Part shown: positions 38,280 through 48,775 of the stretch, piece after piece
How the letters are laid out: each line of letters starts with the position of its first letter
Position numbering within the stretch: position 1 is the first letter of the stretch
NCBI GenBank assembly: GCA_016844465.1
Contig: JAERMO010000002.1
Span: forward strand, 1 to 48,935
DNA: 48,935 nt
Source: Nitrosarchaeum sp.
GTDB lineage: Archaea; Thermoproteota; Nitrososphaeria; Nitrososphaerales; Nitrosopumilaceae
Direction: 5' to 3'
Notes under the pieces: model-generated
What the model was told of the DNA's origin: nothing
The model's input: the letters and a program-made list of their open reading frames with translations, nothing else
Database searches by the model: none
Translations under genes and position numbers: made by a program

Positions 38280-39377
38280 TTATAATACAGACTTTATCGC
38301 ACCAGCTAAAAGAGCATGGTCTGCCAAGGTTAGAGCTACTAACGAATCTACTACTGGAGGTGCTCTTGGAACTACACATGGATCATGCCTTCCTTTTACT
38401 TGCAATGTTACATGTTTTTTAGTTTTAATGTCTACTGTAATTTGTTTTTGTGCAATTGATGATGCCGGTTTAAACGCAATTCGTATTGTTATTGGCATGC
38501 CATTTGATAATCCACCTAAAATCCCCCCTGAATTGTTTGTTTTTGTGATAATCTTATCTTTTTTTATTGTATATAGATCATTATTTTCAGAGCCATATAA
38601 TTTTGAACCTTCAAATCCGGAACCAAACTCAATTCCTTTCACAGATGGAATTGAAAATATCGCTTTACTCAAATCGGATTCTAACGAACTGAAAATTGGC
38701 TCCCCTAAACCAACTGGAACATCAGTAGTGATTGATTCAATTACCCCTCCAAGTGAATCTCCTTTTTTTCTAGCATCTAATATTGCTGTCTTCATTTTTT
38801 TTGCTGTTTCTTCTTCAGGGCATCTTACTTCGTTTTTATAAATTGACTTAATCATTTTTTCATTAAATTTATTTTCCATTTTTATTTTTCCAATTTGTGT
38901 TGTAAATGAATTTGTTTTAATTCCCAGTGTTACTAGTAGTAACTTTCTTGCAATTGCTCCTCCCATCACATGCGTAGCTGTTAATCTCCCGGAGAATCTG
39001 CCTCCTCCTCTATGATCATTAAAATGATTGTATTTTATCATGGCTGGATAGTCTGAATGTCCAGGTCTAAGTTTTGTTTTCAAATTTTCATAATCTGTTG
39101 ATTTTTGATCGCTATTGTAAATTATCATTGCAACTGGTGCTCCGGTTGTATATCCTCTAAAAACTCCTGAAATAATTTCTACAATGTCTCCCTCCTTACG
39201 TTGAGTTGAAATCAGTGACTGCCCCGGTTTTCTTAGATCTAGCATTTTTTGAATTTCTTTCTCATCAATTTCCAATCCTGCAGGACAACCGTCTAGTACC
39301 GCCCCTATGGATTTTCCATGGCTCTCACCAAAACTAGTTAGCACAAGACGATGACCTATTGAACTTCCATGCAACAT
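38280..39377 (-). CDS. aroC: Chorismate synthase
   Basis: FGESHG, RPGHSD, GGILGG, GRHDPCV. Confidence 0.97.
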   Translation of the reverse strand: MLHGSSIGHRLVLTSFGESHGKSIGAVLDGCPAGLEIDEKEIQKMLDLRKPGQSLISTQRKEGDIVEIISGVFRGYTTGAPVAMIIYNSDQKSTDYENLKTKLRPGHSDYPAMIKYNHFNDHRGGGRFSGRLTATHVMGGAIARKLLLVTLGIKTNSFTTQIGKIKMENKFNEKMIKSIYKNEVRCPEEETAKKMKTAILDARKKGDSLGGVIESITTDVPVGLGEPIFSSLESDLSKAIFSIPSVKGIEFGSGFEGSKLYGSENNDLYTIKKDKIITKTNNSGGILGGLSNGMPITIRIAFKPASSIAQKQITVDIKTKKHVTLQVKGRHDPCVVPRAPPVVDSLVALTLADHALLAGAIKSVL

Positions 39378-39583
39378 ATTGTAAGGGCAAATTGATGCTT
39401 ATAATTCCTCATTACAGAAATAGTGGGACACTTGTTTGATCCTACGCATTATTTTTATTTTTCTTTAATTACTAGAAATTATGTTATTTACTCCGATTTT
39501 TTATAAAAAATATAAATAAATCTTAAATAAGATGATAACATACAATAAACATGAAGAAACATGCAAATTTTAACAAATAATTT

Positions 39584-39667
39584 GCGCGACTCTACGAAAA
39601 ATACATGTTATCTTCGCAAAGGCGATGTGGGTGAGGAGAATGCTTTTCACTCTATATAGGGTCGCGC
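39584..39667 (+). ncRNA. Candidate structured ncRNA (three-way junction)
   Basis: 11-bp closing stem, 10-bp hairpin and interrupted hairpin; G-U pairs favour the + strand. Confidence 0.7.
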
Positions 39668-39701
39668 CTCTCATCTTTTAGATATTTTTTGGAATTATTT
39701 T

Positions 39702-40970
39702 TTATTGTATTGTAATTTTTGCACCCAATTTATTCATTTCTGTGATAAAATTTGGATATGACACTGCAACTGATTCATGGTCTGTTACAGTACAATCTCC
39801 TAGATACATTCCAGCTATACAAAACACCATAAATAATCTGTGATCATTTTCAGAATTTAAAGACGCGCCTCTAAATCTATTTGATGACTCTAAGATCAAC
39901 CCATCTTCTTTTTCCTGTATTCTTATTCCAATTTTTGCAAGCTCTCTTGCTAAAATAAATATTCTATCCGTCTCTTTTAATCTCGCATGTTTTACATTTA
40001 CTATTTCAATAGGGTTCATTGTTTTTATTGCCAATATTGCTAGGGGTGGAAGCAGATCTGGTGAATTACTTAAATCAAATCGTCCTCCATTGAGTTTTTC
40101 TGGGGACTCTACTGTTATTTGTTCTCCTTCTATTGAAACTTTAACTCCTAATTGTTCTAAGATATCGATAAACACCTCATCACCTTGAGGTAGATTTCCA
40201 ATGTTTCCATGAATTACAAAATTTTTTCCATTTAATACAGATGCTGAAAGAAGTATTGCAAGACTTGAAAAATCTATTGGAACTGTAAATGTCGTAGGTT
40301 TGTAAATTTGAGGTGAGATATGATATTTCTTATACGGGATAAACGTTTGTACTGCGACTCCAAAATTTCGCATCGTTGCAATAGTTGCATCTAGATATGG
40401 TTTTGAAACTAAATTTTCTTTAATGTTTAAACTAATTCCTTTTTCTGTTAACGGTGCACAAATTAACAATGATGAAATAAACTGGCTAGAAAAGTTTCCT
40501 GGAATGGAAACTTCACCGCCTAAAATTTTTCCAGTTATCTTAATTGGTGGCATTCCATTCATTGAAGTACATTTAGCTCCAATACTCTCGAGTGCATCTA
40601 GTAATGGTTTCATTGGTCTTTTTTGTAGACTTGAATCTCCTGTGAGTGTAATTTCCTTAGTGAATAGACTTGCAATTCCTGAAGCAATTCTGATGGTGGT
40701 GCCTGAGTTTTTTGCATCTATTTCAGGCACGATTTTATCCATCTTTATGGAATTTTTAACAATTAGTGATGTATCACCTTCTTCGATCTCGGCTCCAAAT
40801 TTTCTACATGCTTCAATTGTTGCAATTGTATCTGCAGAAAACAATACATTATCTATTTTACTATTATTACCTGCAAGTGATGCAAGAAAAATTGCTCTAT
40901 GAGAATAACTCTTATTTGGTGGACAAACAATGTGTCCTGATAATTTGGATTTTTCTACCTTACAACTCAT
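39702..40970 (-). CDS. aroA: EPSP synthase
   Basis: KSYSHR, NSGTTIR, SSQFIS, RLKETDR, DHR. Confidence 0.96.
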   Translation of the reverse strand: MSCKVEKSKLSGHIVCPPNKSYSHRAIFLASLAGNNSKIDNVLFSADTIATIEACRKFGAEIEEGDTSLIVKNSIKMDKIVPEIDAKNSGTTIRIASGIASLFTKEITLTGDSSLQKRPMKPLLDALESIGAKCTSMNGMPPIKITGKILGGEVSIPGNFSSQFISSLLICAPLTEKGISLNIKENLVSKPYLDATIATMRNFGVAVQTFIPYKKYHISPQIYKPTTFTVPIDFSSLAILLSASVLNGKNFVIHGNIGNLPQGDEVFIDILEQLGVKVSIEGEQITVESPEKLNGGRFDLSNSPDLLPPLAILAIKTMNPIEIVNVKHARLKETDRIFILARELAKIGIRIQEKEDGLILESSNRFRGASLNSENDHRLFMVFCIAGMYLGDCTVTDHESVAVSYPNFITEMNKLGAKITIQ

Positions 40971-41814
40971 AAACTTCGGCCTTCTTATTGTTAACTTTAG
41001 AAACTATTACACTTCCTTCTAACACTGAAAATATTTTTTTAATATTGGTTTCATTTTCTTTTTTTGTTATAGCTGCAATAGATGGCCCATTTCCTGAAAC
41101 CGATACACCGTATGCTCCTTTTTCAAGTACATCAACAATAATTTTTGGATCTGAATTTAATGTTGCAGCTGTTGCTAAACCATTAATGTTCATGGCATTC
41201 CAATAATCTGATTTTTTAGCTAATTCCCATGCGTTTTCAAATACACCTGAAAGAATTTTTAGATTTTTTAAATTTCCTCGTTTTCTATTTTTTGGGATAA
41301 ATATTATTGCTATTAAATTTGTAGGAGCTCTCTCTGAGTGAATACGAATTCTCTTAAAATTATCTGTGATATTAAATCCTCCATAATAACATGAACATGC
41401 ATCATCATATGCACCAGTTATGCTCACTTTGGATTCTATCGATGCATCAACTCCTGCAAGTAAAATTTGTTTATCAGTCAACCTGGGCTTAAAAATTTTA
41501 GAACATGCGAGAGCTACTGCAGATGAAATGGCACTGGAACTTTTAAGTCCATATCCTGTAGGTATTTCTGAATCCAATGTAATTGTAATTTTATTTTCTT
41601 CTAATTCTTTTTTTGAAACAATTTTTTCTATTGTTTTGTTAATTAAGCGTGAACTTAGACTTTTATTTTCTGATTGGATGCTAATCCCTTTTCCTGAATT
41701 TGTCTCAACTGTTGCATCTACCTTTAATTCTATACCTAATGTTGCACCTTTTTGAGTTGCAATCGCATTTACAAGTGATATTGCACCATGAACTGTAGCT
41801 TTTGCTTTTACCAT
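40960..41814 (-). CDS. aroK: Archaeal GHMP-type shikimate kinase
   Basis: IPTGYGLKSSSA, TGAYDDA, SGNGP. Confidence 0.93.
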   Translation of the reverse strand: MVKAKATVHGAISLVNAIATQKGATLGIELKVDATVETNSGKGISIQSENKSLSSRLINKTIEKIVSKKELEENKITITLDSEIPTGYGLKSSSAISSAVALACSKIFKPRLTDKQILLAGVDASIESKVSITGAYDDACSCYYGGFNITDNFKRIRIHSERAPTNLIAIIFIPKNRKRGNLKNLKILSGVFENAWELAKKSDYWNAMNINGLATAATLNSDPKIIVDVLEKGAYGVSVSGNGPSIAAITKKENETNIKKIFSVLEGSVIVSKVNNKKAEVYEL

Positions 41815-42635
41815 TATGTTCCTCCTAACAATGCCTTTTTCATTGCATTATAAGGTGCTTCCATCCCATGCCATATTTCAAATGCTCTGACAGCTTGACC
41901 CAGTAACATTTCGTATCCATAGATTACGATTGCACCCCCCTCTTTTGCTTTTTTTAGAAAATCTGTGTTTATTGGCATATATACAATATCGTATACAATT
42001 GTTTTTGAATTTACACTATCCAGTGAAATTGGACTTGGTTCATTTTTTAATCCAATTGATGTTGCGTTAACGATGACGTCATAATTTTTTGCTGTATCTC
42101 TAACTTCATCTAATTTTATTGCATTTGCATTCAATCCTATTTTATTTGAAAATTTTACCATGCTGTTTGCATTTTCCAAAGTTCTATTCGCAATAGTTAT
42201 GCACTGCGCATGTTCTTTTGCAAATCCCACAATTATGGCTCTTGCAGCTCCTCCTGCTCCTAGTAAAAGTATTTTTAAATCTTTTACATTCAAATTTCTT
42301 TTCTTAAATGGTTCCAAAAATCCATCCATGTCTGTATTGTATCCTTTTAAAATTCCATCCTTGTTTGAAACAGTATTTACAGCTCCGATTATACTGCATG
42401 ATTCATCCATCATATCTAGATATTTCATCATTTCAACTTTATGTGGTATAGTGACATTAAATCCATCTATTTTGATTTTCTTAAGTGATTCAATTCCTTC
42501 TTCTAATTCTCCCCTCGGTATTCTATATGCAATATATGAACATTCCAAACTTAATTCTCTAAACGCCGCACTATGGATGTTGGGAGACAATGAATGATCA
42601 ATTGGATCTCCTATTATTGCAAATAGCTTTGACAT
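41814..42635 (-). CDS. aroE: Shikimate dehydrogenase
   Basis: HSLSP, NVTIPHK, GAVNT, NTD, GAGGAA. Confidence 0.96.
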   Translation of the reverse strand: MSKLFAIIGDPIDHSLSPNIHSAAFRELSLECSYIAYRIPRGELEEGIESLKKIKIDGFNVTIPHKVEMMKYLDMMDESCSIIGAVNTVSNKDGILKGYNTDMDGFLEPFKKRNLNVKDLKILLLGAGGAARAIIVGFAKEHAQCITIANRTLENANSMVKFSNKIGLNANAIKLDEVRDTAKNYDVIVNATSIGLKNEPSPISLDSVNSKTIVYDIVYMPINTDFLKKAKEGGAIVIYGYEMLLGQAVRAFEIWHGMEAPYNAMKKALLGGT

Positions 42636-42772
42636 CTTATTTTTCTCAATTATATGATTGATTTAAACTCTCAATAATAAACGCAAATGTATGCCCAAAC
42701 ATATTTTACAAAAATTATTAATCAAGATCTTTGCGTTTAAATTAAAAATTCAATAACTTTTCAATTTAATAT

Positions 42773-43447
42773 TTAACCTATTTTCAGATTTATAATTTTC
42801 TTCACTTCATCCACGCTAAATTGTCCTGACACTATGGGCTTTCCTAAAGATACATAGGTGTAAGGACTGCCCAAATATAGGCACAAAATTCGTGATATTT
42901 TACCTTTATCGCCCATGGCAAATGCGATTAAATTATTGCTTCCTTTCTTGCTATAAAGTTGAAGGATTCTTGTTGAATCATCTACTGATTTTGCTGTGGT
43001 CACAATTTTAACATTAAGTGAAAATTTGATCATTTGATTCATCATTTTTTTCAATTCTGAAAAGTTTGGTGTTTTTTTGAAATCATGTTTTGAAATGAGT
43101 ATATTTGTTTTTGTTGATTTCAGATATTTTACTAGTGTGTTATCTTTTCTAATTGTATTAAATTCTATGTCTAATAAAAATGGGTTGTATTCTGCAATTA
43201 ATTTTAAAATTGATACTCTTTCTTTTTCATTACCTTCAAATTTTCCACCCTCAGTTTTTGGTCTTAATGTGCAAACTATTTTTTTTAGATCATTCTTAAC
43301 CATTTCCAGCGTTTTTGGAATTTCATTTATTTTTAAAAAATCAAATCTTATTTCTACATAATCTGATTTTTTTAGGGCGATTTTTAAATTCTGTTTAATT
43401 TTATTTGATGAATTTTCTGCTATGGTTACACATGTTTTGTATTTCAT
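42773..43447 (-). CDS. aroD: Type I 3-dehydroquinate dehydratase
   Basis: VEIRFD, TLRPKTEGG, SKHDFKKTP, AMGDKGKISR. Confidence 0.93.
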   Translation of the reverse strand: MKYKTCVTIAENSSNKIKQNLKIALKKSDYVEIRFDFLKINEIPKTLEMVKNDLKKIVCTLRPKTEGGKFEGNEKERVSILKLIAEYNPFLLDIEFNTIRKDNTLVKYLKSTKTNILISKHDFKKTPNFSELKKMMNQMIKFSLNVKIVTTAKSVDDSTRILQLYSKKGSNNLIAFAMGDKGKISRILCLYLGSPYTYVSLGKPIVSGQFSVDEVKKIINLKIG

Positions 43448-43450
43448 TTT

Positions 43451-44512
43451 TTATTTTTCTAAAATGTATTCATCTGATACTTCCATTCCAAAATGTCTAC
43501 CTGTAGCGGATTTTGCATGTACCATCACCATATCTCCTTTCTTTAGGTGTGTGACTGATACTAATTGTCCATTTGATTTTACTAATCGTATTGTCTCTGC
43601 ATCCTGTGCAATTATTCCACCAATTTCTTCACCAACTGATGCTTTTATCATTAACATAGGTCGTCGTTCTATTTTTGATCTTCCTACAATAGCTCTTCTT
43701 GCTTTGCCTTTTGAATTTATTATTAGAACTTCAGAACCAGTCTCCACCTCTGAAAGATAGTTCGTAGTCCCATCTGGAGAAAGCGTGTAGCAATGTACTG
43801 CCCCTGCATTAACTCTAAAGGGTCTAGCTGATGTGAAAGACGATCCTATTGATTCATTATGTACTAAAAATAAAAAATTTGATCTGTTTCCAATCAGCAT
43901 TCCCTCTCCTCTCTGAAGCATAGATGCGGTGTCTACACATACTCTTTCACCCTCTCCAACTTCTTTAATTTCAATAATTTTTGCTGGTTTTAATTCAAAA
44001 CTTCTGGTTCCTAAGTATACCAAGGCTTCTCTGACCTCGTTAATTGAAGATGTGCTGAAAATTACTCCATCTACTCCTACCTCTAATATTGAAAACATTT
44101 TTCTGACCTCTTCAGGAGTTTTTGCAATGGCAAAAATTTTTGTATTGACCTTGTGAAGCTTTGCAATTATGTTTTCAAGAGGAATAATTTTCCAATCTTT
44201 TACTTCAACTATTACAAAATCTAATCCTTTTTGTGCCTCCTTTAGAATATCGTCGATATCTAAATTGGATAATACTTGAAATTTCTTTCCTATTTTTTTC
44301 CCCTTTAGTTTTACTACCCCCTCTTTTTCAAGTACGATGTATTTTGCAGCAGCTGATGGATACACTGTTTCTAATTTAGTTTTTTTTAAACTTATTTTCT
44401 TGGGATCAATGTATATTAATTTGATTCCTTCTTCTTCTAATTGAGGAAGAAATTTTCCTAGTTGTGTCTGAGACCCGTTGGGTGAAACTATTAATTCTCT
44501 TGTTCTACTCAA
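43451..44512 (-). CDS. aroB': 3-dehydroquinate synthase II
   Basis: DWKIIPLEN, RVCVDT, RPFRVNAGAVH, QDAETIRL, GRHFG. Confidence 0.93.
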   Translation of the reverse strand: MSRTRELIVSPNGSQTQLGKFLPQLEEEGIKLIYIDPKKISLKKTKLETVYPSAAAKYIVLEKEGVVKLKGKKIGKKFQVLSNLDIDDILKEAQKGLDFVIVEVKDWKIIPLENIIAKLHKVNTKIFAIAKTPEEVRKMFSILEVGVDGVIFSTSSINEVREALVYLGTRSFELKPAKIIEIKEVGEGERVCVDTASMLQRGEGMLIGNRSNFLFLVHNESIGSSFTSARPFRVNAGAVHCYTLSPDGTTNYLSEVETGSEVLIINSKGKARRAIVGRSKIERRPMLMIKASVGEEIGGIIAQDAETIRLVKSNGQLVSVTHLKKGDMVMVHAKSATGRHFGMEVSDEYILEK

Positions 44513-45287
44513 TTCTTTTCATTGCTTCCTTTACGGATTCTTTTTTGAAAATTATTGATGCTAGAGCTTCTACCATTTTCTCTGGTGTTTTATGGGCAAA
44601 AATGTTTCTGCCATATGTAACTCCTTTTGCTCCTGCCGTCATTGCATCTTCTGTCATTTGAAGAATATCTAAATCTGTTTTTGCTTTTGGTCCACCTGCA
44701 ATAACTATTGGTACTGGCGTACTTTTTACGATCTTTGCAAATGAATCTATATCTCCAGTGTATACTGTCTTGACTATGTCTGCTCCACATTCTGCACCTA
44801 TTCTTGCAACATGACCTACAATTTCAGGATCATGTGGATTCTTGATGTTTTCTCCTCTTGGATACATCATTGCTAAAAGTGGCATATCCCACTCATGACA
44901 TTGCTCTGCAATCATTCCAAGATCTTGAAGCATTTCTGGTTCTTCTTTTCCTCCAATGTTGATGTGAAGTGAAACCCCATCTGCTCCCATTCTAATTGCT
45001 TCTTTTACTGTACCTGATAACATCTTGCGATTAGGGGACATTGATAATGAAGTGCTACTTGAAAAATGAACTAAAACACCAATCTTGGGTGGTCTTGACA
45101 ATGTTTTAAAAATTCCCTTGTTAATTATAATGCTGGTCAGTCCATGTAATTCACATTTGTAGATTGTAGAAGAGGGGTCTACAAGACCTTCCATAGGCCC
45201 ATTAGAAATTCCGTGATCCATTGGAATGCACAGCATTTTCCCTTTTCTTAGAATTCGATTCATTCTAATCTGATGACCTGATACCAT
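44505..45287 (-). CDS. aroA': 2-amino-3,7-dideoxy-D-threo-hept-6-ulosonate synthase (class I aldolase)
   Basis: PMDHG, MMYPRG, GADIVKTVY, AGGPK, GRNIF; adjacent to aroB'. Confidence 0.9.
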   Translation of the reverse strand: MVSGHQIRMNRILRKGKMLCIPMDHGISNGPMEGLVDPSSTIYKCELHGLTSIIINKGIFKTLSRPPKIGVLVHFSSSTSLSMSPNRKMLSGTVKEAIRMGADGVSLHINIGGKEEPEMLQDLGMIAEQCHEWDMPLLAMMYPRGENIKNPHDPEIVGHVARIGAECGADIVKTVYTGDIDSFAKIVKSTPVPIVIAGGPKAKTDLDILQMTEDAMTAGAKGVTYGRNIFAHKTPEKMVEALASIIFKKESVKEAMKRIE

Positions 45288-45445
45288 GGCTGAATCTGTT
45301 TTTGGTGCCCTACTTAAAAATAACGTGAATTTTGGACTCACTACTTACTAATTTATGCATAAATTAACTCTCATATTGATTCATTTCGGATTTATTTTCC
45401 TATCAAAGATTAAATACAAATCACAAATGACGTTGGTCAAGTCAA

Positions 45446-46564
45446 TTGAATCAAACTACTGAACAGATTAATCGCAGTGATATTGGTGACATTCTTGAAA
45501 ATTCAATTTGCGGCAAACGTCCTAGTCCTCAAGACTGTCTAAGACTATTAGAGTCAAATGATGTTCATCTTATGGGTCTTGTTTCAGGACATCTTACAAG
45601 AAAAAAATTTGGAAAAAAAGCATCTTTTGTAAATAACATTATTCTAAATTACACTAATGTTTGTATCACCGATTGTAAATTCTGTGCATTTTATAGATCC
45701 CCCGGATCTAAAGATTCCTATACATTAACTCTTGATCAGATTGAATCTAGAATAAAAGCCGCATGGGATGTGTTTAAGATTAGACAAGTTTTGATTCAAG
45801 GAGGACACAACCCAAATTTAAAAATCGAGTATTATGAAAATGCTTTTAAAATGATTAGAGAAAAATTTCCAACTGTCGGAGTTCATGGGCTTTCTACATC
45901 TGAAATTGACATGATTGCTAGAATTGAAAAATCATCTACAAAAGAAGTTTTATCTAGACTAAAAGATGCTGGTCTTCAATCTATTCCTGGCGCAGGAGCT
46001 GAAATCCTTGTTGATTCTGTAAAAGATGTAATCAGTCCAAAGAAAATTTCAAGTGCAGATTGGATTAGAATTATGGATGAAGCTCACACTCTTGGACTTC
46101 CTGCATCTGCAACAATGATGTATGGACACGTAGAAAATAATCATGATATTGTAGATCATTTTTTTAAAATTGTCAAGTTACAAGAAGAGACTAAAGGATT
46201 TATGGCTTTCATTCCCTGGAATTTTGAACCGAATAATACTTCGATGCAAAAAGAAAAATTGGTGGAATATGGTACTGGGGGCATTCAACTTCTTAAAATG
46301 ATAGCTATTTCTAGACTAGTTTTTGATGGACTGATACCACACATCCAATCTTCATGGCTTACAAATGGTGTCGGAATGGCACAACTTGCACTTCAATATG
46401 GAGCTGATGATTTTGGGGGCACGTTGATTGGCGAAGAGGTTGTATCCTGTACAGGCGCTCGTTCCACTGAGCTTACAGATAAAATAATTGTAGATGCAAT
46501 TCATCAGATTGGATATTGTGCAGAAGAAAGAGATAATTTTTACAATCCTGTTACTTTGCTATAG
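45446..46564 (+). CDS. mqnC: Radical SAM cyclic dehypoxanthine futalosine synthase (MqnC/CofH family)
   Basis: NYTNVCITDCKFCAF, QGGHNP, PGAGAEIL, TMMYGHVE, GADDFGGT. Confidence 0.85.
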   Translation: MNQTTEQINRSDIGDILENSICGKRPSPQDCLRLLESNDVHLMGLVSGHLTRKKFGKKASFVNNIILNYTNVCITDCKFCAFYRSPGSKDSYTLTLDQIESRIKAAWDVFKIRQVLIQGGHNPNLKIEYYENAFKMIREKFPTVGVHGLSTSEIDMIARIEKSSTKEVLSRLKDAGLQSIPGAGAEILVDSVKDVISPKKISSADWIRIMDEAHTLGLPASATMMYGHVENNHDIVDHFFKIVKLQEETKGFMAFIPWNFEPNNTSMQKEKLVEYGTGGIQLLKMIAISRLVFDGLIPHIQSSWLTNGVGMAQLALQYGADDFGGTLIGEEVVSCTGARSTELTDKIIVDAIHQIGYCAEERDNFYNPVTLL

Positions 46565-48001
46565 GCCATAACTTGACCATTTTGAATCCACTAATTTTTT
46601 TGTTTCATTATCTACTTTGACTTGTTGTTGAATCTCTCTCATAAATCCCTCATCTCTTGTTTTTTGAGTTGCATCAATTCCTAACTTTGAACCAAAATTT
46701 ACAAGCGGTGATGCCGGATCCAACGTGTCAGTGGGTGTGTTATTAATAATGATTGTATCACGTGCTGCATCTGTCCTTGTTGTTATTGCCCATATTACAT
46801 CATTAAAGTCATGAACGTTGATGTCCTCATCAACTACGACAAATATCTTTGTTAAAGAAAGCTGTCCCATTCCCCATAATCCCATCATTACTTTTTTTGC
46901 TTGACCTGGATATCTTTTTTTAATAGAAATTATTGCAAATCCCTGAAACCAACCTGCAGATGGCATGCTGAAATCTACTATTTCTGGATGGAACATTTGT
47001 ATCAGTGGTAAAAATGATCGTTCAATCACTTTTCCAATATACGCGTCTTCTAAAACAGGCTTACCTACAACCGTAGTCACATAGATTGGATTTTTCCTTC
47101 TCATAATCCCAGTCAATGTAAAAGTTGGGTATGGTTCAATTGGGGTGTAATATCCAGTATGATCTCCAAACGGTCCTTCATCTCTCATATCGTATGGATC
47201 TACATATCCCTCAAAAATAATTTCTGCATTTGCTGGTACTTCTAGATCAACTGTTTTGCATTTGACAGTTTTAATTCCCTTTCTTCTTGTAATTCCTGCA
47301 AACAAATATTTGTCAAGTCCTTCAGGTACTGGAGCTATTGATGAAAAAATAGTTGCAGGTTCACATCCTATAATTATTGCAGCTTCAATTTTTTCACCTT
47401 TTTCTTTTGCAATTTCTCCATGATGTGCACCTCGCTTGTGTTTTTGCCAATGCATTAACGCATGTGTGCTATCTACAATTTGGATTCTATATACACCGAG
47501 ATTTCTTATTCCTGTCTCAGGATGTTTTGTAGCTACTAATCCTAATGTGATAAAACGTCCAGCGTCATTTGGCCATGATTTTAAAATTGGTATGTTGTCA
47601 AAAGATGCCAAATTGGATGTGATTTCAGTTACTGGCCCATTATTTTCCGGCTTGGGAAATGAATCTGTCATTTTTGAAAGTTCCGGTAGTTTTTTAATTT
47701 TATTTAAAAATCCTGACGGAATATCTAATTTCGTCATATCTACAATTCTTTGTCCAATTTCTGTAAAATCTGTCATTTCAAGACCAATCTCCAATCTTTT
47801 CATTGAACCAAATGCATTGCCCAAAACTGGTATATCGTAGTTTTTTACATTTTCAAAAAGTATAGCTGAGCCATTTGAATACATCTCTCTTCTGAGAATT
47901 TCTGCAATTTCTAAATTTGAATCCACTTCTGTTTTGACTCTCTTTAATTCTCCCTTTTTTTCTAATTCTATCACAAATTCATGAATATCTTCAATTGGCA
48001 C
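46559..48001 (-). CDS. ubiD: UbiD-family (menaquinone biosynthesis) decarboxylase
   Basis: RNLGVYR, EGPFGDHTGYY, LDPASP, KLGIDAT. Confidence 0.92.
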   Translation of the reverse strand: MPIEDIHEFVIELEKKGELKRVKTEVDSNLEIAEILRREMYSNGSAILFENVKNYDIPVLGNAFGSMKRLEIGLEMTDFTEIGQRIVDMTKLDIPSGFLNKIKKLPELSKMTDSFPKPENNGPVTEITSNLASFDNIPILKSWPNDAGRFITLGLVATKHPETGIRNLGVYRIQIVDSTHALMHWQKHKRGAHHGEIAKEKGEKIEAAIIIGCEPATIFSSIAPVPEGLDKYLFAGITRRKGIKTVKCKTVDLEVPANAEIIFEGYVDPYDMRDEGPFGDHTGYYTPIEPYPTFTLTGIMRRKNPIYVTTVVGKPVLEDAYIGKVIERSFLPLIQMFHPEIVDFSMPSAGWFQGFAIISIKKRYPGQAKKVMMGLWGMGQLSLTKIFVVVDEDINVHDFNDVIWAITTRTDAARDTIIINNTPTDTLDPASPLVNFGSKLGIDATQKTRDEGFMREIQQQVKVDNETKKLVDSKWSSYGL

Positions 48002-48111
48002 AATCTTTCTAAAAATAGTTCAAGTATAAGCTTAACTCGATTTACGTGAAGAGTATTATTTTTGGAATGATTTTAACACATGCATTTTAATTCCCACAGT
48101 GGAGGAAATTT

Positions 48112-48345
48112 ATGATGACCAAAGACAAATGTGTTGTATGTAAAGGAACAGGAACTATAGCATTACTGAATTCTCAATGTCCTTTCTGTAATGGAACGGG
48201 CGAACCAAATAACTCTGCTAAATCCTACCTTGATTCTCATATCTGTCAATGTATTTTTCTTGATCGAAAACAATGCCCTCTATGTGGTAAGAAATGTCAC
48301 CACGATACTCCAAATAAGCCAAAAATTTTACTTAGTCCTGAATAG
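48112..48345 (+). CDS. Small Cys-rich protein with DnaJ-type zinc-finger repeats
   Basis: CVVCKGTG, CPFCNGTG, then CQC-x6-CPLCGKKCHH. Confidence 0.75.
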   Translation: MMTKDKCVVCKGTGTIALLNSQCPFCNGTGEPNNSAKSYLDSHICQCIFLDRKQCPLCGKKCHHDTPNKPKILLSPE

Positions 48346-48352
48346 ATATTTA

Positions 48353-48676
48353 TCACATTGGTGGAAGCTCATTCTTCCTTTCATGGCCTCCAGAACCAAA
48401 TTTACAATAAAAACATAATTCTGATTGCATATACTTTAACTGCTCTACTTGAATAGCTCCAAGTTTTAATGCAATTTTTGTTAGAATTCTATATTTTAAT
48501 GGCATAGATGGAATCACTTCTTCTATGTACACCCTGTAATTGACTTGTTTTGTAAAATGAATTTGTTCTCTGATATACTCATGTTTTGGACATGGACAAT
48601 CTTTTCCACCCGGATGTTTGTATGCAGGGGTGTTTTTCCAGTCAAATTCCGGATATTCTTTCTCAAAATCATCCAT
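48353..48676 (-). CDS. Hypothetical protein with Cys/His motifs
   Basis: CPCPKH...CFYCKF; TATA-like box upstream. Confidence 0.7.
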   Translation of the reverse strand: MDDFEKEYPEFDWKNTPAYKHPGGKDCPCPKHEYIREQIHFTKQVNYRVYIEEVIPSMPLKYRILTKIALKLGAIQVEQLKYMQSELCFYCKFGSGGHERKNELPPM

Positions 48677-48775
48677 TGTTACAACTACTACTCGTTATAC
48701 ATATAAAACTTGATCAAGTTTAATCCTGCCAATCAACCCAAATGTAAATAAACCCCAGAACTCCATCCAAATTAA

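Noticed and set aside
39584-39667. Fluoride riboswitch or hammerhead ribozyme identity for the structured RNA
   Set aside because: GGCGAUG and CGAAA occur, but the crcB pseudoknot partner and the hammerhead CUGANGA core are absent
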